A stretch of DNA of 64,000 bases from an uncultured Verrucomicrobiae bacterium. GTDB taxonomy: Bacteria > Verrucomicrobiota > Verrucomicrobiia > Chthoniobacterales > Chthoniobacteraceae. Positions 18,315 to 28,225 of the stretch are shown here, in pieces. Made by a program: the position numbers and the translations under genes. The notes below the pieces were generated by a model. It was not told the origin of the DNA. It saw only the letters and a list, made by a program, of their open reading frames with translations, and did no database searches. How positions within the stretch are numbered: the stretch's first letter is position 1; each line of letters starts with the position of its first letter. The DNA is taken from NCBI GenBank assembly GCA_963836755.1, contig CAWIKF010000001.1:448001-512000 (forward strand). Reading direction: 5' to 3'.

Positions 18315-18334
18315 TTTCTCAAGCTGTTTTTTTT
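18300..18334 (+). terminator. Possible intrinsic terminator/attenuator in the operon leader
   Basis: Imperfect hairpin GCAGC-atg-GAG-tgattt-CTC-aa-GCTG followed by T8 (18327-18334), about 40 nt before the regulator gene. Confidence 0.4.
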
Positions 18335-18373
18335 GATCTGTTGGTTCATTTTTCTTTGAAGTAACTGAAGATT

Positions 18374-18925
18374 TTGACATACCAAACCTCACCTACTCAG
18401 GTTGATCTGCCCACCGTCCCGGAGTTTCCGAGATCTCTCTCGCATCTCTCGGAGCTGGAAGCTTCAACCATCGATATCTTCGTCCATATCGCTCACCTCT
18501 TTGGCGTCTCAAAGTCCGTCGGCGAAATTTATGGACTCCTTTTCCTGACTCCTTCACCAGTGACCTTCGATTACATACGCGCGAAGCTTGCGATGAGCAG
18601 CGGCTCGGCCAGCCAGGGCTTGCGACTGCTTCGCACGGTAGGTGCAGTCCGCGTCGCCTACGTGCGCGGGGAGCGCCGCGATCATTTTTTAGCCGAAACG
18701 AGGCTGCGCAAAATCGTTAGCGGCTTCCTGCGCGAAAAAGTAGCACCCAACCTTACCACTCACGAAGAGCGTCTCGAACAGCTCTCCACGTTGCTGCCGG
18801 AAATCCCCAGCACTGATAGGGCATTGATAGAGGATCGTATCCAGACTTTGCACAATTGGCGCAAGCAAGCACGCGCCGTGCTCCCGATGGTCATCAACGG
18901 CCTCGAAATGGAAAACAAATCATGA
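18374..18925 (+). CDS. GbsR/MarR-family transcriptional regulator
   Basis: GVSKSVGEIYGLLFL, wHTH segment MSSGSASQGLRLL, GERRDHF; TTG start uncertain. Confidence 0.88.
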   Translation: MTYQTSPTQVDLPTVPEFPRSLSHLSELEASTIDIFVHIAHLFGVSKSVGEIYGLLFLTPSPVTFDYIRAKLAMSSGSASQGLRLLRTVGAVRVAYVRGERRDHFLAETRLRKIVSGFLREKVAPNLTTHEERLEQLSTLLPEIPSTDRALIEDRIQTLHNWRKQARAVLPMVINGLEMENKS

Positions 18926-19476
18926 GCGACGCGCTTCAAAACCCGGCATGGTATTGTGTGCGTTCACAGCCAAAGGCCGAGCATATTGCGGCCGGTTGCC
19001 TTCACGTTCTTGAAGGAGTCGAGGCATACTGTCCCCGGATTCGCTATAGACGCATGACGCGCCGCGGACCGGTCTGGTTTTCCGAAGGCTTGTTTCCTGG
19101 CTATCTATTTTCGCGATTCACGCCGGCCCAGTCTCAAAAGGCTGTCACCTATGCCCGTGGCGTGAAGAACCTCGTGCGTTTCGGCGAGGAACTCGCGGTG
19201 ATTTCCGATAACACGATCTCAGATCTTCGGGCCAAAATGGGCGAGGAAGATTGCAAGGTCATCGATGCCGAAGTGCGAGAGGGCGACACCGTAACGATCT
19301 CCGACGGCATCTTCAAGGGCCTCACGACCGTAGTTACGCAGCTACTGCCGGCGCGGGAGCGCGTGAGAGTGCTGCTGGATTTTCTTGGCGGGACTCGAGA
19401 GGTGGAAGTTAACGAGGAACATCTCATTTCCGAGCGAGCTCATTTCTTGTCAGTGGACAACGGCTTATCTTCATGA
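18922..19476 (+). CDS. NusG-paralog transcription antiterminator (RfaH/UpxY-like)
   Basis: WYCVRSQPKAE, LFPGYLF (NGN domain), GDTVTISDGIFKG (KOW), RVRVLLDFLG; ATGA-coupled. Confidence 0.93.
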   Translation: MSDALQNPAWYCVRSQPKAEHIAAGCLHVLEGVEAYCPRIRYRRMTRRGPVWFSEGLFPGYLFSRFTPAQSQKAVTYARGVKNLVRFGEELAVISDNTISDLRAKMGEEDCKVIDAEVREGDTVTISDGIFKGLTTVVTQLLPARERVRVLLDFLGGTREVEVNEEHLISERAHFLSVDNGLSS

Positions 19477-20393
19477 ATCCTGAAACTGTCGCCTCTGTTC
19501 CGATCGATGGGTTGACCGGACTTCAGTCCGTGTCCTCGGCGAATACTTTGTCTCCTTACAAAGTTGTTCTCACTCCTGACACCCGTTGGCTAAGTCTGGA
19601 GTTGAAAAGTATCTGGCATTATCGCGATCTCCTTTCACTGCTGGTATGGCGCGACTTTGTGGCCAAGTATAAGCAGACAATCCTCGGACCTCTTTGGTTT
19701 ATCATTCAGCCGGTTTTGCTGACCCTCGTCTTCACAATCATTTTCGGAAAGGTCGCAAAGCTGCCAACCGATGGACTGCCTCCACTTCTGTTTTATCTTT
19801 GTGGACAACTGGGCTGGAGTTACTTTGCGCAGAACTTTGCGTCAAACTCCGCGACCTTGGTCGATAACTCTGCCCTGTTCAGCAAAGTTTACTTTCCCAG
19901 ACTGGTCGTGCCGCTTTCCGCGGTAATCTCAAACCTATTCGCATTTGTCATTCAGGCTTTGACCTTCATGGCATTTTTTCTCTACTTCAAGTTCGTTTTA
20001 AAAACCGGCGGGTTTGGTGTTGATTGGCATGTAGTTTTTCTTCCGCTTTTGATTTTGCAGGTTGCGGCGTTCAGCTTTGGCGTCGGATTAATCATGTCGT
20101 CAATCACTGCGAAATACCGCGATTTGACCCACCTTTCCGGCTTGATCATTCAAGTATGGATGTATTCGACCACTGTTATCTACCCGCTCTCGAAGTTCCC
20201 GCCCCAATGGCAGTGGCTCGTCGCGCTGAACCCCATGACCTCAGTCGTCGAATCATTTAGACTTATGCTGCTTGGAACAGGCACGGTTATTCCACTCTAT
20301 CTCGCTCTTTCGATCGTCGTAACTTTGATTGTTTTAATCGCCGGGCTTTTGCTTTTCTCGAGAGTAGAGAAGTCCTTCGTTGATTCCGTATAG
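19473..20393 (+). CDS. wzm: Polysaccharide ABC transporter permease
   Basis: RDFVAKYKQTILGPLW, KVYFPR, YRDL, LNPMT. Confidence 0.95.
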   Translation: MNPETVASVPIDGLTGLQSVSSANTLSPYKVVLTPDTRWLSLELKSIWHYRDLLSLLVWRDFVAKYKQTILGPLWFIIQPVLLTLVFTIIFGKVAKLPTDGLPPLLFYLCGQLGWSYFAQNFASNSATLVDNSALFSKVYFPRLVVPLSAVISNLFAFVIQALTFMAFFLYFKFVLKTGGFGVDWHVVFLPLLILQVAAFSFGVGLIMSSITAKYRDLTHLSGLIIQVWMYSTTVIYPLSKFPPQWQWLVALNPMTSVVESFRLMLLGTGTVIPLYLALSIVVTLIVLIAGLLLFSRVEKSFVDSV

Positions 20394-20415
20394 CGCTACA
20401 TCAAGGCAAAACGTC

Positions 20416-21738
20416 ATGAGTGAACCAATCATCGAAGTTAAAGGCTTGTCGAAAAGATATCGGCTTGGCGAAATAGGGTCGACTTCGCTCAAAGAGGAAG
20501 TGGAACGCCTGTGGAATCGAGCGCGGGGGAAGGATAGTGGTAAGATAAGCAAGGACTTCTGGGCCTTAAAGGACGTATCGTTTAAGATTCAGCCGGGTGA
20601 GGTGGTCGGAGTAATTGGTCGAAATGGAGCGGGGAAATCAACTCTTCTAAAAATACTTTCGCGTATTACTCAACAAACCACTGGCGAAATTACTTTGCGT
20701 GGGCGAATTGCAAGTCTCCTGGAAGTCGGCACCGGATTTCATCCTGAGCTTAGTGGCCGCGAGAACATTTTCCTCAATGGCGCCATACTCGGTATGACAA
20801 AGGGGGAAATCCGTAAGAAGCTCGATACCATTGTTGATTTCTCGGGAGTAGAGAAGTTTCTCGACACTCCGGTTAAGCGCTATTCGTCGGGGATGTATGT
20901 TCGCCTTGCATTCGCGGTCGCTGCACACCTTGATCCGGAAATCTTAATCGTAGACGAAGTGCTGGCTGTCGGTGATGCTGAATTTCAAAAAAAGTGTCTG
21001 GGAAGAATGAAAGACGTCGCCACCGGTGGACGGACGGTTCTTTTCGTAAGTCACAACATGAATGCCATCGAGTCTCTCTGCGGGCACATCATTCATTTGC
21101 AGGCGGGACAAGTGCGCGAACAGACTCATGCCGTCAAAGAAGCGATTAGTCACTATATGTCCTTCGGTCGCGATGAAACGACTCAGAGTGAATGGTCCAA
21201 TTCTTCGGGCTCGTTGGAAAATCGGTGGTTTAGACCTTCACGATTTTATTTGGCCGACGAGGCTGGGCGAGTAGCAAAGATGCCGGTTCGCAACGACAGA
21301 CCGCTCTATGTTTACATCGAGGGCGATGTTGAGGAGCGCGAAAATGCACTAAACATAGGCTATGCACTCTACGACGAAGCTGGCTCGCTTCTCTTTTGGT
21401 CGTGCAACACCGATGTCGCTGAACAACAATGGGCCAAGTTGGAACCCGGCCGCAACACTCTGAGATGTGCGATTCCTCAACGATTGCTCAACCAAGGGAA
21501 TTACCGCATGGAGTTGATCGTAGCGCTTTATCAGCGGCAATGGATTAGTTGCCCTGGCTCGAATGCACCCGCGATTACGCTTTCAATCCAGGGAGGATTA
21601 AGTGATTCACCGTATTGGATGGAGCGTCGCCCAGGAATTCTGGCCCCGGTCTGTGGCTGGACCCGCGCTGATGCTGATAAAGGCTCGGGGTTTTGTATCG
21701 AAGAGCCAGAGGAACTTGAAGTAAGCAACAGTAACTAA
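20416..21738 (+). CDS. wzt: Polysaccharide ABC transporter ATPase with C-terminal Wzt_C-like domain
   Basis: FWALKDVSF, GRNGAGKST, YSSGM, VDEVLAVGD, VSH; roughly 190-aa C-terminal extension. Confidence 0.95.
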   Translation: MSEPIIEVKGLSKRYRLGEIGSTSLKEEVERLWNRARGKDSGKISKDFWALKDVSFKIQPGEVVGVIGRNGAGKSTLLKILSRITQQTTGEITLRGRIASLLEVGTGFHPELSGRENIFLNGAILGMTKGEIRKKLDTIVDFSGVEKFLDTPVKRYSSGMYVRLAFAVAAHLDPEILIVDEVLAVGDAEFQKKCLGRMKDVATGGRTVLFVSHNMNAIESLCGHIIHLQAGQVREQTHAVKEAISHYMSFGRDETTQSEWSNSSGSLENRWFRPSRFYLADEAGRVAKMPVRNDRPLYVYIEGDVEERENALNIGYALYDEAGSLLFWSCNTDVAEQQWAKLEPGRNTLRCAIPQRLLNQGNYRMELIVALYQRQWISCPGSNAPAITLSIQGGLSDSPYWMERRPGILAPVCGWTRADADKGSGFCIEEPEELEVSNSN

Positions 21739-21741
21739 GCT

Positions 21742-22398
21742 ATGGGCAATATACGATTCGGAGCACCTCGAGAACTTGTTTTGTGGTTGCGCGACACCTT
21801 CAAAGTCAAGACCTTTGTCGAAACTGGGACTAATCGTGCGGATACCACGGTATGGGCATCGGGAGAATTTGAGAAGGTGATTACAGTCGAAGGATTCGAG
21901 CCGCTTTACCAGGAAGCTGTAAACAACTTCGGCGAGCGCAAAAACATTACATTTCTACTCGGCGACAGCCGTGACCACATTCGCGATTTGTCCAACACCA
22001 TCACCGAACCTGCCATATTCTGGCTCGACGCGCATTGGTGCGGCGAACATACGTTTGGTAGCTCGGATGAATGTCCGGTGATGGATGAACTGCAAGCATT
22101 GATTAGAAGCGCGGTTCCTCATTTTATACTTATTGATGACGCGCGCCTTTTCCTGGCTCCGCCTCCCCGGCCTCACCAGGCGGATCATTGGCCTGACATA
22201 GCTAGAATCTGCGAGGTGCTCACCCAACCTAGCGCCAACTGCTATGTTGCGGTGCAAGACGACGTCATTATCGCCGTGCCAGCTTCTGCAAAGCTGGAGA
22301 CAATCGAGTTTCTTCGTGATCACGAGACACCGAAGGCTACAGTTGAGCTCAACCAACCAAAGTTGCGTCACAGGATTCGACAGCGCCTCGGCCTGTAG
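21742..22398 (+). CDS. Putative SAM-dependent methyltransferase-like protein
   Basis: FVETGT, GDS, FWLDAH, ILIDDARLF motifs. Confidence 0.7.
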   Translation: MGNIRFGAPRELVLWLRDTFKVKTFVETGTNRADTTVWASGEFEKVITVEGFEPLYQEAVNNFGERKNITFLLGDSRDHIRDLSNTITEPAIFWLDAHWCGEHTFGSSDECPVMDELQALIRSAVPHFILIDDARLFLAPPPRPHQADHWPDIARICEVLTQPSANCYVAVQDDVIIAVPASAKLETIEFLRDHETPKATVELNQPKLRHRIRQRLGL

Positions 22399-22431
22399 AC
22401 CCAGATCATTGCACCAAATTTAGCGGATCCT

Positions 22432-23178
22432 ATGGCAAATACTTTCATGAAGGGGGTTGTGAAAAAGGCGTTCAACACCTGCGGTTTTGAGGTGGCTCGA
22501 AGACAATCCGGGACTAATCGGCACGAAATCTCGTATCCGCCTACTACGTGGCTTTCTAAGTTTAATGTGCGCACAGTATTGGACATAGGTGCTAACGAAG
22601 GTGATTTCGCCCGCGCGATTGGAGGACGCCTTCCTGCTGCGAGGATCTATTCGTTTGAACCCTTGGCTGGCGCGTATGCAAAGCTCTGTGAAAAGACAAA
22701 CGGCTTCGCCCAATACAAGGCCTACAATTTTGCCTTGGGAGACGTCAGCGGCCAACTTGAGATACATCGCAACGCTTATTCGCCAAGCTCCTCGATCCTC
22801 CCGATGAGTGCGCTGCATCGGACGTCATTCCCCATCGCTTCACACGATGCAGGCGTCGAAAAAATTGAGATTCGACGACTTGATGATATCGCAGAGGATA
22901 TGGGTTTTCTCGATGACGTATTTGTAAAAATCGATGTTCAAGGTTTCGAGGCGAACGTGATTCGCGGCGGACAACAAGCATTGAAGCGCGCCAAGGTAGT
23001 GATCGTGGAAACGAGTTTTGATCTGCTGTATGAGAACCAGCCTTTATTCGACCAAATTTATGGAATGATGAAGGAGCTCGGCTTTCTATACAGTGGGAAT
23101 TGGGATCAACTTATCGATCCTGCGAGCGGCCGCATTTTACAGGCGGATGCGATATTCATTTCTCGATCGCTTTCGTAG
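22432..23178 (+). CDS. FkbM-family methyltransferase
   Basis: LDIGANEG, SFEP, RRLDD, KIDVQGFE. Confidence 0.93.
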   Translation: MANTFMKGVVKKAFNTCGFEVARRQSGTNRHEISYPPTTWLSKFNVRTVLDIGANEGDFARAIGGRLPAARIYSFEPLAGAYAKLCEKTNGFAQYKAYNFALGDVSGQLEIHRNAYSPSSSILPMSALHRTSFPIASHDAGVEKIEIRRLDDIAEDMGFLDDVFVKIDVQGFEANVIRGGQQALKRAKVVIVETSFDLLYENQPLFDQIYGMMKELGFLYSGNWDQLIDPASGRILQADAIFISRSLS

Positions 23179-23199
23179 ACAAGGTCCGAACTTTTCAAA

Positions 23200-23964
23200 A
23201 TGGCGACCTTCAGCATCATAACTGCGAACTATAATTCCGGGGACAAGATCCGCCGGACGTTCGACTCGATGCAGGGGCAGGACGTGGACATTGAATACGT
23301 AGTGGTGGATGGAGCCTCCACAGATGGCAGCTTGGAAATCGCGAGATCGTTGAAACCAACGGAGAATATTGCCGTCAAAATCGTCTCCGAACCTGACGGC
23401 GGGGTTTATGAAGCAATGAATAAAGGAGTGAAGTTGGCAAAAGGCCGCTATCTCTATTTTCTCGGCGCCGGTGATACCCTTCACCCTGGATCATTGCAGG
23501 AGGTGCAGCGCCGACTTCCGTTTCATGACTGCGGCTTCCTTTACGGCGACGTCATCTATAAAGGAGAACGCTATGACGGTATCTTTGATCGGGCCAAACT
23601 AAGTCATCAAAATATTTGTCATCAGTCTATTTTTTACGGACGCGAAGTGTTCGGTCTTTGCGGCGAATACAATCTGCGGTATCGACGGCTTGCTGATTGG
23701 GAGATGAATATGAGGTGCTTTTCAGATAGGAACATTTCGAAATCTTATATGGATTTCGTGGTTGCCAATTTCGAAGAGGGTGGAATGAGCCACCTCGGAG
23801 ATACAGAATTCGATCGTGATCAGCTCGACCTAATTCGCCGATACTTAGGCTTGCAATGCTACTGGAATAAAAGATGGCCAGCGATTGAGGGAGCTTTGAA
23901 GGAGAAGTTCCAGCGAGTCAGGGCAAAGTTCGTGAGTCATCGCAAGGTCGCTCTCAAGCCATGA
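23200..23964 (+). CDS. Glycosyltransferase family 2 (WcaE-like)
   Basis: VVDGASTDGS, SEPDGGVYEAMNKG, FLGAGD, HQS. Confidence 0.92.
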   Translation: MATFSIITANYNSGDKIRRTFDSMQGQDVDIEYVVVDGASTDGSLEIARSLKPTENIAVKIVSEPDGGVYEAMNKGVKLAKGRYLYFLGAGDTLHPGSLQEVQRRLPFHDCGFLYGDVIYKGERYDGIFDRAKLSHQNICHQSIFYGREVFGLCGEYNLRYRRLADWEMNMRCFSDRNISKSYMDFVVANFEEGGMSHLGDTEFDRDQLDLIRRYLGLQCYWNKRWPAIEGALKEKFQRVRAKFVSHRKVALKP

Positions 23965-24917
23965 CTCCGATTGTTTCCATCATTATTCCGACGTATAAGC
24001 ACCGAGACTATATCTTGGATGCGTTGAACGGAGCGTTCGCACAGACCTTCAAGAATTACGAGGTGATCGTAGTCAATGATGGATCTACTGATGATACAGC
24101 CGAAGTATTGCGACCTTTGATAGAGACCGGTAAAATCCGTTACATTGAGCAACCGAATGCCGGTCAGGCAGCCGCGCGCAATCGCGGATTAGCAGAAGCC
24201 AAAGGCAAATTTGTTGCACTTCTCGATGATGATGATCGATGGCCATCAGACAAACTCGAATGGCAGGTGGAGTGTCTATCGGCGCACCCAGAGAGCGTCC
24301 TCGTTTACGGATTGGGACAGGACCTAGGCTCGCCAGAAAACATTTTCCCGATCGGCACCGCACCTTCTGGGGATGTTCGGCTTAAATTCGCCGAGGAAAA
24401 TCACATTCGTTCACCAGGTGTTACTCTCATCCGCACTGAAGCTTTGCGTGCGGTTGGAGGCTTCGATGAGACAATCTGGGGAGTCGATGACTGGGATCTC
24501 TATCTCAGACTTTCGTGCATAGGCGACTTTTCCTACTTGCCGAGTCTGGCTCTTTACTATCGAACTCATGAAGGCAACGCATCGCACGACATTTTGCGGC
24601 TATACAAAAACGCAGTGCTGCTCTGCAAAAAACACGCGCGACTTTTCTCGTCACTTGGCATCTCCGGCAGCATGCCATCCCGGATGAAACGATACTTCGT
24701 CAATGGTTGCATCACGGAGGCAATCCATGCGCGTGAGTCAGGCGATCTCGCACAAGCCCGGCGTCTGTGGGTGGCAGCGATGCGGTTGGATGTGCTTGCA
24801 TGTTTTAAAGCATATTTTTTGAAAGAGTTGCTGCTTGTTTTTGCGCCATTCTGGTCACGCCCGAGCTTACTATTTGTTGGAACATGGCTCCGGAAACAGC
24901 GAGCGGATGGTGTATGA
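23961..24917 (+). CDS. Glycosyltransferase family 2
   Basis: VSIIIPTY, VNDGSTD, ARNRG, LDDDD, DDWDLYLR. Confidence 0.93.
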   Translation: MTPIVSIIIPTYKHRDYILDALNGAFAQTFKNYEVIVVNDGSTDDTAEVLRPLIETGKIRYIEQPNAGQAAARNRGLAEAKGKFVALLDDDDRWPSDKLEWQVECLSAHPESVLVYGLGQDLGSPENIFPIGTAPSGDVRLKFAEENHIRSPGVTLIRTEALRAVGGFDETIWGVDDWDLYLRLSCIGDFSYLPSLALYYRTHEGNASHDILRLYKNAVLLCKKHARLFSSLGISGSMPSRMKRYFVNGCITEAIHARESGDLAQARRLWVAAMRLDVLACFKAYFLKELLLVFAPFWSRPSLLFVGTWLRKQRADGV

Positions 24918-25933
24918 GTGCCGCTCTATCCAACGGGGATACACGGATGGGGTGGAACGGCAGCAATGATATCCTAGATGCTGATGCGGAGAAGCTCGAA
25001 GCGGAGCCACTGGTTAGTTGCATCATTCCCAATTACAACAATGCGGAACTCATCGGGGAGACTATAACGTCGTGTCTCGAGCAAACTCATGCCAAGCTGG
25101 AAATCATTGTCGTGGACGATGGCAGCACGGATGGCTCCATTGATGTTCTTCAGCGTTTTCAGGGACAAATAAAAGTTGTTCGCCAAAAAAATCGGGGAGT
25201 TAGTGTGGCCAGGAACATTGGAGCACATTATTCGTCTGGCTCCTTGCTTTGCTTTTGTGATTCGGATGATGTTTGGCTTCCGACAAAGTTGGAGCGGCAG
25301 ATTGCTTTGATGGCGCAGAACATGTCAGCATCAGCGTGCCACACGGACTACGAACCTTTCGGATCTGCAGTTGAGGGAGTGAATGGTGTTAACGAGAGTA
25401 GACGGCGGTATGCAGTTGATCCCTCGAGCTTGCTACAGCAAAATCGCGTCATCCTCAGCTCACTCATGATGCGGCGAAGCGCATTCATACGAGCCGGAGG
25501 TTTCCGGGCGGGACTATTCTATCCGGCTGACTGGATGCTATGGACTGCCTTGGAGGAGTTGGGACCTATTCTCTATCTGGATCAGGTCTTAATTAAGTAT
25601 CGAATGCATGGCAACAATTCGAGTGTTCAGGCGCGGTTGCCGCACGTTCTCGAAGCTGTCGCGGCAAAGTTTTTTCATCGCATTATGATCGCTGCCAAGG
25701 GAGCGGCTGGGGCAGCCGGTGAGGCCGAAGTCCGCCACGCGTCTGAACATATCGACCATGAAATCGGGCAGGTCCTTTCATTGCTGAATCGCGAGAACGC
25801 AATGCATCAAGCGATCCGCCGGTTCATGCTACAACTTAGATGCGGCTTTCGTCTTCGTTGGTGCGTTGAGACGCTTCCGTATCTGTTGAATAAGCGGAGC
25901 CTGCACAAAAGCATCGGGGTGAACTCCAAATGA
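24914..25933 (+). CDS. Glycosyltransferase family 2
   Basis: IIPNYN, VDDGSTD, ARNIG, DSDD; ATGA-coupled start. Confidence 0.92.
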   Translation: MSAALSNGDTRMGWNGSNDILDADAEKLEAEPLVSCIIPNYNNAELIGETITSCLEQTHAKLEIIVVDDGSTDGSIDVLQRFQGQIKVVRQKNRGVSVARNIGAHYSSGSLLCFCDSDDVWLPTKLERQIALMAQNMSASACHTDYEPFGSAVEGVNGVNESRRRYAVDPSSLLQQNRVILSSLMMRRSAFIRAGGFRAGLFYPADWMLWTALEELGPILYLDQVLIKYRMHGNNSSVQARLPHVLEAVAAKFFHRIMIAAKGAAGAAGEAEVRHASEHIDHEIGQVLSLLNRENAMHQAIRRFMLQLRCGFRLRWCVETLPYLLNKRSLHKSIGVNSK

Positions 25934-27171
25934 GGCTCGCTTTTATCAGCTATGAGTATCCGCCGGATACGGCAGTTGGCGGAATAGCCACCTATATCGA
26001 ACAAGCGGCGCGTTTGATGGTCTCGCGCGGCCACAACGTCGAAGTGTTCTCAGCAAGCCTTCGAAGCGACAGAGTCCATGAGGAGAACGGGATACTCATT
26101 CACCGAGTTTGTGAGGCGAGCCGTGAGAACTTTGCCCGGCGAATTGCTCCCGTCTTTCAGGCCAGACATGCAGTCATCCCTTTTGACGTGATTGAAGGCC
26201 CTGAATACTATAGCGACGCACGTGCGATTACCTCATTGGTGCCTGAGATTCCATTGGTTGTGAAGCTCCATACCCCCTCGTATCTGATATGGAGGATGAG
26301 TTACGGCCAAAGCTGGGTGAACAACGTCCGGCACTTCTTCGGCTCACGCCTCCGTGGAACAAAGCCGTGTTGGGATCCGATGTCTAACTTCGAATGGACT
26401 CATGCTCTCGATGCCGATGAAGTAACAACTCCTTGTGCTTCCTTGGGAGACGTGGTCACACAGGATTGGAATCTGGATCCAAAGCGAACCGATCTTGTCC
26501 CGAATCCATTCGTTCCACCAGCGGCGTTCCTCGACCTACCCGCTACCACTGGGAAGATTGTCACCTTTATCGGCAGACTGGAAGTTCGAAAAGGTGTCCT
26601 GGATTTTGCGGCGGCGATTCCGGCGATTCTACGGAGGCATCCGGACGCTCAATTTAAACTTGTAGGTCGGTCTGTGGAGATAAAGCCTGGGGTAGATATG
26701 CTGGAGGTTTTGAAACGAAAGCTGAAAAACTACTCAAGCGCCGTTGAGTTCACTGGATCGGTAGAACAAGATCGTCTTCGCTCGATCCTTGCGCTCACAG
26801 ATATCTGCGTGTTCCCGAGTATTTGGGAAAATTTTCCGAATGTGTGCCTCGAGGCGATGGCAGCGGGAAAGGCTATCGTCGCGAGCAGCGCGGGCGGAAT
26901 GGCGGAAATGTTGGATAACGGAACCTGTGGCTTCCTTGTGAAACCGCGGCGACCACGCGAGTTGGCGGATGCCGTGAACTCTCTTTTGGATGACCCACCC
27001 TTGCGACAGAAGTTGGGGCATAGCGCGCGGCAGCGCGTGTTGTCAGAGTATAGCGCGCTGCGAATTGGCGAGTTAATGGAAGAGTCGTATCATCGCGCAA
27101 TTGTCAGGCGACGAAACTTGGGCCCTAGGCTTGGTGCCAAGATACAGGATAGAAAATCCATCCATGCGTGA
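25930..27171 (+). CDS. Glycosyltransferase family 4
   Basis: EYPP..GGIATY, GRLEVRKG, ENFPNVCLEAMAAG. Confidence 0.93.
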   Translation: MRLAFISYEYPPDTAVGGIATYIEQAARLMVSRGHNVEVFSASLRSDRVHEENGILIHRVCEASRENFARRIAPVFQARHAVIPFDVIEGPEYYSDARAITSLVPEIPLVVKLHTPSYLIWRMSYGQSWVNNVRHFFGSRLRGTKPCWDPMSNFEWTHALDADEVTTPCASLGDVVTQDWNLDPKRTDLVPNPFVPPAAFLDLPATTGKIVTFIGRLEVRKGVLDFAAAIPAILRRHPDAQFKLVGRSVEIKPGVDMLEVLKRKLKNYSSAVEFTGSVEQDRLRSILALTDICVFPSIWENFPNVCLEAMAAGKAIVASSAGGMAEMLDNGTCGFLVKPRRPRELADAVNSLLDDPPLRQKLGHSARQRVLSEYSALRIGELMEESYHRAIVRRRNLGPRLGAKIQDRKSIHA

Positions 27172-27234
27172 TTCTATTTCCAGCTCTCTCGTCCGCTCGT
27201 CTCCTTTTCCGGCGTTCAGTTTGAAGCAGCAGTG

Positions 27235-28224
27235 ATGGAGGTATCAGTCATCATCATAACTCTAGATAGGCCCGACTACTTGCGGCGCTGCCTGGAGTGT
27301 CTTCGAGCACAGACTGAAATGCCGATGGAAATCATCGTCGTTGATGCTTCGAAGCAAACCGCCACTGCTACGATGCTTCAAGAAAGGTTCCCGCAGGTGG
27401 TGTATTTGCGCAACGAACAAGGCTATGGGAATATGCCCATGTCGCGCAACATCGGCCTCAGGTCCGCAAAAGGTGAGGTCATAGCTTATCTCGACGATGA
27501 TGCGTATGCGGAGCCGCAATGGCTGGAAGAAATAGTCGCGGCTTATGCCGATGAACATGTAGGAGCAGTGGGAGGTCGCGCTAAGAACGGCCAGCCGGGA
27601 GAATCGAGCCGAGGAGCCAATGAAATCGGTAAAATTCTGCCCAATGGTTTGATCACACAGAACTTTGGCGCCGATCCGGGAACGATTGTCGAGGTGGATA
27701 TAGTTCTGGGATGCAACATGTCCTTTCGCCGAGATGTGCTCGCACGGCTCGGCGGATTTCGTGAAAATTACACCGCCACCTGCAACTGCGAAGAAACCGA
27801 CATGTGTTCCCGCGTCAAAAAGTTGGGGTTCAGCATTAGCTTCAATCCCAAAGCCTGCGTAGAGCATGTCGGCGCCCCGCAAGCAAAAGGCCGCCGGATG
27901 GATCTGCGGTATGACATTTTTGGCTGCCGGAACTATTTGATGTATCTCGTAATAAATTACGGGATATTCTCGAGATTCTTCTACCTCGCCCTGGGCTATC
28001 TACTATATAGCTCCGCAAAGGATTTCGCGAGAAAGGCGGGAGGCGCTGGCTTGTCGATGATCTGCAGAGTCATCGGAGTAGCAACTGGTCTCTGCATGGG
28101 GCTGGTCCTTCGTTCCATGCATGGTTCTGCGCCTGAAAGGCGTGATGAGGAAGGCGAGAAAATACGCCGCTTACTTTCAAGCTCACCGTCGCCGTTGCTT
28201 CCGGAGGATGTGAGAACGGGTTAA
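27235..28224 (+). CDS. Glycosyltransferase family 2
   Basis: IIVVDAS, SRNIG, YLDDD, GCNMSFRR, EETD. Confidence 0.92.
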   Translation: MEVSVIIITLDRPDYLRRCLECLRAQTEMPMEIIVVDASKQTATATMLQERFPQVVYLRNEQGYGNMPMSRNIGLRSAKGEVIAYLDDDAYAEPQWLEEIVAAYADEHVGAVGGRAKNGQPGESSRGANEIGKILPNGLITQNFGADPGTIVEVDIVLGCNMSFRRDVLARLGGFRENYTATCNCEETDMCSRVKKLGFSISFNPKACVEHVGAPQAKGRRMDLRYDIFGCRNYLMYLVINYGIFSRFFYLALGYLLYSSAKDFARKAGGAGLSMICRVIGVATGLCMGLVLRSMHGSAPERRDEEGEKIRRLLSSSPSPLLPEDVRTG

Positions 28225-28225
28225 T

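Noticed and set aside
18089..18373. RfaH ops/JUMPstart element or known riboswitch
   Set aside because: No GGCGGTAG, and no riboswitch consensus that I recognise.
18374..18402. TTGACA as a -35 element
   Set aside because: No credible -10 at 16-18 nt spacing; the TTG is also the only available start of the regulator.
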